Under the pieces are notes generated by a model, which was given only the letters and a program-made list of their open reading frames with translations, had not been told where the DNA came from and made no database searches. Below are positions 58,162 to 64,000 of a DNA stretch of 64,000 nucleotides, in pieces; position 1 is the stretch's first letter, and each line of letters opens with the position of its first letter. Source of the DNA: an uncultured delta proteobacterium (GTDB taxonomy: Bacteria; Myxococcota_A; Polyangia; Fen-1088); NCBI GenBank assembly GCA_963767925.1, contig CAVYGB010000010.1, positions 1,024,001 through 1,088,000 of the forward strand. Reading direction: 5' to 3'. Made by a program: the position numbers and the translations under genes.

Positions 58162-58821
58162 TCACTGCACGAAGACGTTCGAGAGGGTCGAGGTGTTGCC
58201 GTCGCAGGCGTTCTTGCCGGCGTAACAGGTCCCGGGCACGAAGGCGGCGGCGCCCTCCGAGCTCAGGGTCGCCTCCAGCACCACCTCGATGCGGCCGTCG
58301 ACGGCCAGGCCGCGCGAGCGCACCACGATGGTCCCGTTGCCGTCGGCGAGCGGTTGCCCCTGGCGCAGCTCGCCGGTGTCGTTGCGGATCCAGACCGTGT
58401 AGGTCCCCATGGTCTTCGACACCGGCGCCTCGAGGCTGTCGCCGAGGCCGCGCTTGAAGCCGGCCGGGGGGAAGGGGACGTCGCGCAGCCGCGTCCCGTT
58501 GGCCAGAGTGTAGATGGCCCCCAGCCCGTTGGGCTGCCCCTCGTCGTCGACGCCGGCGGGCACGTTGTCGTAGGCGTCGTTGACCCCGGCGAGCAGGGTG
58601 CCGATGGTCCGCCCGCCGACGTTGAGGTCGGCGCGCACCGCCTCGATGCCCGCCTCGGCGACATAGAGGGCCTGGTTGCGCAGGTTGGCGTGGGCGCTGA
58701 TCTGCAGGTTGCCGCTGGTGAGCCAGAGGCCGGTCATGCCGAGGGCCAGCAGCCCCAGCATCACCAGCAGCACGGTCACCATGATGGCGCCGCGCTCGCG
58801 GACCCGTTTCGTGGTCGTCAT
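58162..58821 (-). CDS. pilX: Type IV minor pilin PilX
   Basis: RG|AIMVT (no Glu5), 'QALYVAEAGIE'. Confidence 0.85.
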   Translation of the reverse strand: MTTTKRVRERGAIMVTVLLVMLGLLALGMTGLWLTSGNLQISAHANLRNQALYVAEAGIEAVRADLNVGGRTIGTLLAGVNDAYDNVPAGVDDEGQPNGLGAIYTLANGTRLRDVPFPPAGFKRGLGDSLEAPVSKTMGTYTVWIRNDTGELRQGQPLADGNGTIVVRSRGLAVDGRIEVVLEATLSSEGAAAFVPGTCYAGKNACDGNTSTLSNVFVQ

Positions 58822-58828
58822 GTTTGCC

Positions 58829-60016
58829 TCAGTTGCGGGGGTAGACCGTCGCCGTGATGGTGCGGTAGCGGAAGGTGTCGGGGCCGGTGCCGGCGGCGCC
58901 ATCTTCGCTGGCCGGTTTCACGTTGCTGCTGATGTCCGAGAGCAAGGCGTCGGTGGTCAGCGAGCGGCCCACCAGCGTGATGCGGACGGCGTCGGGCCGG
59001 CCGCAGCCGGCGGGGAGCGGGTCCCCGCTGGTGTTGAGCACCCACTCGTCGCTGAGCTTGTTGGGTCCCTCGCGCAGCTCGCCGTCATCGGGGCTGTTGT
59101 CGCAGGCGTAGGCCACCTGCATGTCGACGATCCCCTCGGCCACCACCTGGGCGGCGCCGCCGTCGTCGAGGCGCTGCATGGTCAGGGCGGGCACGCCGCC
59201 TTCCCCACCGGTGGGGGCGACGGCGAAGCGGATCCAGTTCAGGGTCCCGAACTGCCGCACGCCGGTGCCGGCCGGGTAGTCGAAGGGGATCTGGGCGACG
59301 GCGACGCCGTCGCTGGCCGGGTTCCAGTCCGAGGAGCTGGCGTGGAGCAGCTCCTGGTTCGTCAGGTTGGTGTCGGTCACCCGGAACAGGCTGCAGCCCC
59401 GATCGTTGTAAAAGGGCGCCCCCCGGGTCGGCTCGACAAGGGAGCTGTCGAACAGCACGACGAACTCGTTGCGGCGGAACATGGTGGCCTGGCCCGCCCC
59501 GAGGCGGAGGGAGGTGGTGGGCTTGCCGACCGGGATGGCGGCGCTGAGGTCGGCGTCCTTCCAGCTCCCGAAGATCCCGCTGCCATAGGCGATGGTGAGC
59601 GTGTCGGGCGCGCCCGAGGCCCCGTTGCTGATCCAGATCGGGGGGATGCGCAGGCTGCCGAGGCCGCGGAAGTAGGCCCGCACGCCGGTGGCGGGGGCGG
59701 CGGTGAGGGGCATGGCGGCGGCCACCGGGCCGGGAGAGCCGGTGTCGGTGCCGAGGCCGTCGCTGTCGCCGCGCACGCAGCCGGCCATGCCGCTGCCCGC
59801 CGAGCGCACCATGCGCACCAGCATCTCGCTGGTGATGGCCAGGCTCTGCTGCACGTTGACCAGCTTGGACTGGGTGTCGTAGATGCGCTGCTGCCCGGCC
59901 ACGAAGGTGAAGGTGGAGGCCGCCACCAGCGAGGCGATGAGCAACGTGATGAGGAGCTCGACCAGCGTCAGGCCCGCCTCTCTGCGGCGGCCGGTCCGGA
60001 GCGCGGGGCGGCTCAC
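58829..60016 (-). CDS. pilW: Type IV minor pilin PilW
   Basis: AG|LTLVELLI, 'VRSAG', 'VAEGIVDMQVAY', 'AVRITL', C-terminal PRN. Confidence 0.88.
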   Translation of the reverse strand: MSRPALRTGRRREAGLTLVELLITLLIASLVAASTFTFVAGQQRIYDTQSKLVNVQQSLAITSEMLVRMVRSAGSGMAGCVRGDSDGLGTDTGSPGPVAAAMPLTAAPATGVRAYFRGLGSLRIPPIWISNGASGAPDTLTIAYGSGIFGSWKDADLSAAIPVGKPTTSLRLGAGQATMFRRNEFVVLFDSSLVEPTRGAPFYNDRGCSLFRVTDTNLTNQELLHASSSDWNPASDGVAVAQIPFDYPAGTGVRQFGTLNWIRFAVAPTGGEGGVPALTMQRLDDGGAAQVVAEGIVDMQVAYACDNSPDDGELREGPNKLSDEWVLNTSGDPLPAGCGRPDAVRITLVGRSLTTDALLSDISSNVKPASEDGAAGTGPDTFRYRTITATVYPRN

Positions 60017-60489
60017 AGCACCTTTCTCCTCTCCGAGTCGAGACGCACCATCTTGGGCTTGCCGCTGTCGCTGTTGTAGGTGACCTTGACCGAGATGTTG
60101 TAGGGGAGGCCCACGCCGGTGTTGGTGACCTGCCACTCCCGTTTCCATCGGCACTTTGCCGTCCAGACGGTGGTGCCGGTCGCGCAACCCCCGTTGCCAT
60201 CGAGATATTCGGGGGTCGACCAGGTGCTGGCCCCGCCGGTGAGGGCGGCCCGCGCCGACAGCTCGTCGACAACCGGGGGACCCTCGGTCACGGTGGCGAT
60301 GCTGAACTGCTCCATGCCCTGGACCGCCAGCCGCATCGCCACCATGGCCTCGTTCGACTCGTAGGCGGCGCGCAGGGTCACCTGCTGCACCGCCACCGTG
60401 CCCATCAGGCCGATCATGCCGATGAGCAGCGCCATCAGGACCTCGAGCAACGTGAATCCCCGATCCGACCGCCGCCTGGCTTTCACCAT
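60013..60489 (-). CDS. pilV: Type IV minor pilin PilV
   Basis: RG|FTLLEVLMALLI...GLMG. Confidence 0.85.
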   Translation of the reverse strand: MVKARRRSDRGFTLLEVLMALLIGMIGLMGTVAVQQVTLRAAYESNEAMVAMRLAVQGMEQFSIATVTEGPPVVDELSARAALTGGASTWSTPEYLDGNGGCATGTTVWTAKCRWKREWQVTNTGVGLPYNISVKVTYNSDSGKPKMVRLDSERRKVL

Positions 60490-61055
60490 TTCCTCCTCAG
60501 CGCGACCTGGCCCGACAGCGGCGCCACGTCCACCCGGAACTTCCGCTCCGGGTGATTGTCCTTCACGGTGTCGTTGTTGATGTAGAGGTACACGGCCGCG
60601 GGGCTTCCGGGGGCCGTCGGCCCGATGAATCCAGCACCCATCGTGCCAAACACGATCTGCTTGCTGGTGGTGGTCGACAGGTTGAACGAGGGGGTTGAAG
60701 CGCTGCCCGTGACGTCGAAGATGTTGACCCCCATCCCGCCGCGGATGGTGTGCAAGATCGGGTCGGCGGCGGTGGGGGCGAGGAGGGGGGAGGTGGGCGT
60801 GGCCCCCGGCCGGGCGGCCCGGATCTCGATCCGGTTCGAGTAGATGAAGGCGTGACGCGGGAGCCGGGTTGTCACCGCCTCCATGCGCGCGCGCTGCAGC
60901 TCCTGGGTGATCTCCTGGGCGAAGCTTCGACCGGTGGCGGCGGCGCTGTCCCGTCCGAAGCCCGGGACCGCCGCGGCCGCCGCGGTCCCCATCACCGCGA
61001 CGACCACCATCAGCTCCGACAGTGTGAACCCTGCGTCTGCGCTCTGGCGGCTCAT
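60483..61055 (-). CDS. fimU: FimU/FimT-like minor pilin
   Basis: AG|FTLSELMVVV, 'LQRARMEAV'. Confidence 0.8.
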   Translation of the reverse strand: MSRQSADAGFTLSELMVVVAVMGTAAAAAVPGFGRDSAAATGRSFAQEITQELQRARMEAVTTRLPRHAFIYSNRIEIRAARPGATPTSPLLAPTAADPILHTIRGGMGVNIFDVTGSASTPSFNLSTTTSKQIVFGTMGAGFIGPTAPGSPAAVYLYINNDTVKDNHPERKFRVDVAPLSGQVALRRKW

Positions 61056-61255
61056 GCTACAGGGGAGGAGCTGCAAGCAAGAGACCACCTGTTCCTACGC
61101 CGGGTCGTCAGGGCGGCGGGGTGCGGTGGCCTCGCCCCCGGTGCGCATTCGCGGTGTCTGGCGCAGGCTCCGACCGGGATGTCACGCCGCCCGGGCAGCG
61201 GCCGCCGCAACAGTGTTGCCTGTCTCGCGCAACAACCCGCCCGGGCGCGGGCCCC

Positions 61256-61516
61256 TCAGAGCTTCGCGTAGGGCTCGAGCTCGGTGGCGTATTTTCCAGC
61301 AGGTCGGGGGGCGCGACGACCTTCTCGCCGGTCAGCAGCGCCTCGATCATCTCGGCGTTGGCCGGGGCCTTGCCGGAGCTGGTGACGGCGTGGACCTCTT
61401 CGGTCTCGGCGGCGAGCTGCCGGATGCGCTCGACCCAGGGGGTCAGCTCGTGGGGCTGGTAGAAGTTGTCCCCTGCCAGTCGGGTAGTCCCAGCCCGCCG
61501 GTCCGACGCGAATCAT
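61256..61516 (-). pseudogene. Collapsed DUF72-family pseudogene
   Basis: N-terminus MIRVGPAGWDYP, frameshifted onto a DUF72-like C-terminus (FYQPHELTPWVERIRQL...GKAPANA). The middle is missing. Confidence 0.7.
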
Positions 61517-61532
61517 CCCAGCAATATGGACC

Positions 61533-63011
61533 TCAGCGGGCGCGGCGGCGGCGGACGCCGGCCAGCGCCAGCAGGGCCAGCGGCAGGACCAGGCTGGCCG
61601 GGGCCGGACCGCGGGCGACCTGACAGCCGACCGTCCCGTCGATCCGGGGGGCGTCGGGGCCCAGGGTGGGCGGAGTCCCCTGGCTCGAGGTGAGGCCGGT
61701 GCCCGGGATCGGCGGCCCGGAGGGCGCGGGCGCCGGCGGCGCGGCGCCCATGGTCCCCGGGCTGGTCGGCGGGGCCGGGGCAGGGGCCGGCGCCGGGGGT
61801 GGCGGCGTCGTCGTCGCGGGCGGCGGCCCGCCGGGGGCGGGGGTGATGGTGCCGGGCGAGACGGGCAGCGGATCGATGGAGGGGGCGGGCACCGCCGGCG
61901 GCGGCACCGGCAGCGGCGGTGGCGGCGTGCCGGGGGGCAGCGGCGGCGTCGATGGGCCCGGCGGCGTCATGGTCCCGGGCGGGGGCGGCACCGCCGGACC
62001 CGGCGGCGTCATCGTCCCGGGCGTCATCGCCCCCGGGGGCATCGTCCCCGGCACGGCGGGGCCCGCGTCGCAGCTATCGATCGGCGCCGTCGTGCGCGCG
62101 CCGTAGTTGCAGGCCGGCCAGGCGCCGCCGCCGGTCTGGATGTCGGTGAGAAAACCGGTGCAGCCGGGTCCCGGGTCCCAGGCCCCGGTCTCGTCGGTGC
62201 AGGGGGTGATGTCGATCCCCTCGTTCTCCTCGATCAGGCGGATGTGCCGGAGGACGGTCGTGTAGTTGGTGCCGCCGCAGGGGGCGCCGCCCGGCACGCG
62301 GGCGGTGCCGGTGACGGTGCCGACCATGCGCCAGCCCCAGTCCTTGTCCCCGTCCTGCAGGCGGATGTACGCCCCGCCCCCGGAGTCCCCGAAGCAGAGG
62401 TCGTGGGTCGCGTCGCCGACGTCGATGAAGACGCCGCGCACGCGCACCACCGGGACCTCGACCTCCATCTTCGTCACGCGCGGACCGGTCCCGCGCGTGT
62501 CGCCGAACCCGACGCCGAGCAGGCGGGCGCCCCTCTTCATGAACTTGTCGTATTCGCAGCCGTGCAGCACGGGCACCGTGGGCACCCGCTTGAGCCGCTC
62601 GTCCTCGGGCAACACGCAGTAGGCGGAGTCGCTGTCCCGGGCCGAGACGCACTTGGTGGCCCGCACCGAGAAGGCGAAGGGGGCCTTCTCCCCGAACTGC
62701 ACCAGCATGTTCGCCTTCGGGTTGCAGTGGCGCGCGGTCAGCAAGATGGTCGGCGCCACCAGGGTGGCGGTGCAGCCGGGGATCTTCGCGGTCATCGGGA
62801 CGCCACACTCGGCCGTGATCTCGCCGCCCACCACCGGCAGCAGCGGCGGCTCACCCGGCTCGGCGTCGTCCGCCGCCGCGAGCGCGGACGTCGCTCCGGC
62901 CGGCGGCTCCTCCTCCTCCAGGCCGGGCTGGCCACACGCCGCCCCCGATCCGACGAGGAGGGCGATGAGCAAGGGGAGACGGTTCGAGCGGCCGGGCGCT
63001 GGGTGCAACAT
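61533..63011 (-). CDS. Trypsin-like serine protease, lipoprotein signal, Pro-rich linker and MYXO-CTERM tail
   Basis: LTARHC and CFGDSGG. C-terminus GCQVA...LPLALLALAGVRRRRAR. Confidence 0.9.
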   Translation of the reverse strand: MLHPAPGRSNRLPLLIALLVGSGAACGQPGLEEEEPPAGATSALAAADDAEPGEPPLLPVVGGEITAECGVPMTAKIPGCTATLVAPTILLTARHCNPKANMLVQFGEKAPFAFSVRATKCVSARDSDSAYCVLPEDERLKRVPTVPVLHGCEYDKFMKRGARLLGVGFGDTRGTGPRVTKMEVEVPVVRVRGVFIDVGDATHDLCFGDSGGGAYIRLQDGDKDWGWRMVGTVTGTARVPGGAPCGGTNYTTVLRHIRLIEENEGIDITPCTDETGAWDPGPGCTGFLTDIQTGGGAWPACNYGARTTAPIDSCDAGPAVPGTMPPGAMTPGTMTPPGPAVPPPPGTMTPPGPSTPPLPPGTPPPPLPVPPPAVPAPSIDPLPVSPGTITPAPGGPPPATTTPPPPAPAPAPAPPTSPGTMGAAPPAPAPSGPPIPGTGLTSSQGTPPTLGPDAPRIDGTVGCQVARGPAPASLVLPLALLALAGVRRRRAR

Positions 63012-63191
63012 GAGACTTCGACCTTTCCCGCCGGGCGGAGGCTTGGAGGTGTTGGGGGGCCGGGCTGGTCGACCGTCAGCCGACCTCGAAAACGCCCCCG
63101 AGGATCTGCCAATCCCCACCCGGAATCAAGCCACTGCCACACAACGCGACGAGCCACCCCCGTCACGATTTGGAACACCCCCCCCCGAGGC

Positions 63192-63371
63192 GGAGGCCCC
63201 TCACCCCTTCCCTCTCCCCGCTTCGCGGGGCGAGGGCGAGCTGGCAGCGGGGGTGCGGTAATCTCGGGCCAACCCACCAAAGATCCCCGCTCGGGAGAGA
63301 ACCGAGGCAACTCGCCAGTCGTTCGCCCCTCGCCCCGCGGCAGCGGAGAGAGGGAGGGGTGAGGGGTCTCC
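63192..63371. repeat. Inverted pair of REP-like family B elements (REPIN-like)
   Basis: GGAGGCCCCTCACCCCTTCCCTCTCCCC... and ...GAGAGGGAGGGGTGAGGGGTCTCC face each other. Confidence 0.7.
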
Positions 63372-63384
63372 GCCTCGGGCTAGT

Positions 63385-64000
63385 CTAGTAGCTCAAACGC
63401 AGGCCGAGGCGGCCGTGGAAGGGGGGCTGGTAGGCGGTGGCGCGGCCGTAGTTGGGGTTGACGCTGATCGGCTGGCTGCCGATGTTCTTGGCGAAGGGCA
63501 GGTCGCTGGCGCTGCCGTCGACGATGGCCGCCGCCATGTCGAAGGTGTAGTTGTCGTCCATGCGCAGCGGCGTGCGGCGGTTGAGCAGGTTGAACAGCTC
63601 GACCCACAGCTCGAGGGTGGCCTGCTTCGACAGGGCCTGCCGGTAGGCGAGGCGGGCGTCGATCTGGGTGACGGCCGGCGTGCGCCCGGCCGAGCCCCGC
63701 GGCAGCAGGAAGACGAGCTGCTGCCCCGGTATGAGCGCCGAGACGTGGTTGCGCGGCACCCCCGAGAAGGCCGAGAACGACAGCCCGAACACGAGCGCGC
63801 CGGGGCCCACCGGCTGATCGTAGAACCCGCCCAGCCGGGCCGAGTGGGGTCGGTCGTTGGCCAGCCGGCCGGTCTTGTTGAGGACCAGGTCGGGCGTGTC
63901 CCAGGCGTTGTTGCCGTTGGGAGCCGAGTAGTTGTTGTCCGGGTCGTAAAGGCCGTTGTAGTTGCCGTACAGGCGCGAAAACGTGTACGAGCCGTGGAGC
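63385..64000 (-). CDS. Oar-like TonB-dependent receptor, C-terminal part (5' end outside window)
   Basis: 'GRLANDRPH', 'ELFNLLN', 'NPNYG...YQPPFHGRLGLRLSY'. Frame is open to the window end. Confidence 0.85.
   Translation of the reverse strand, partial: LHGSYTFSRLYGNYNGLYDPDNNYSAPNGNNAWDTPDLVLNKTGRLANDRPHSARLGGFYDQPVGPGALVFGLSFSAFSGVPRNHVSALIPGQQLVFLLPRGSAGRTPAVTQIDARLAYRQALSKQATLELWVELFNLLNRRTPLRMDDNYTFDMAAAIVDGSASDLPFAKNIGSQPISVNPNYGRATAYQPPFHGRLGLRLSY

Noticed and set aside
1..64000. tRNA, rRNA, transposase or integrase genes
   Set aside because: None recognised. Short structured RNAs could be missed without covariance-model searches.

Overview
A GC-rich bacterial window whose gene content points to Myxococcota: MYXO-CTERM tails, an AgmX/PglI-type domain, a DUF4388 protein, a minor-pilin cluster and an Oar-like TonB receptor. 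The main find is a four-gene operon on the minus strand (11271->3635). It encodes a borosin-type alpha-N-methyltransferase, a TPR protein, a 76-aa borosin-precursor-like peptide ending ...SSETCWDPGPDPFPPKTEP, and a 1776-aa Ser/Thr kinase-AAA-GAF-histidine kinase. Next to it are a kinase-REC-degenerate cyclase, an FHA protein and an ECF sigma factor. These abut a complete pelABCDEFG exopolysaccharide operon whose PelA hydrolase domain looks catalytically degenerate. The rest holds housekeeping and metabolic genes (trxA, ribA, mrp, LarA-like, RluA-like, thiolase/hbd, amidase, GH29) and signalling genes (REC-EAL, CheR-PAS, two more HKs). There is also a fimU-pilV-pilW-pilX cluster without pilY1, two families of REP-like palindromes, a 17-bp G-rich tandem array, and several 'collapsed' pseudogenes that keep only their N- and C-termini. 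No rRNA, tRNA, CRISPR array or transposase was recognised. All calls come from reading motifs by eye; no database searches were run.
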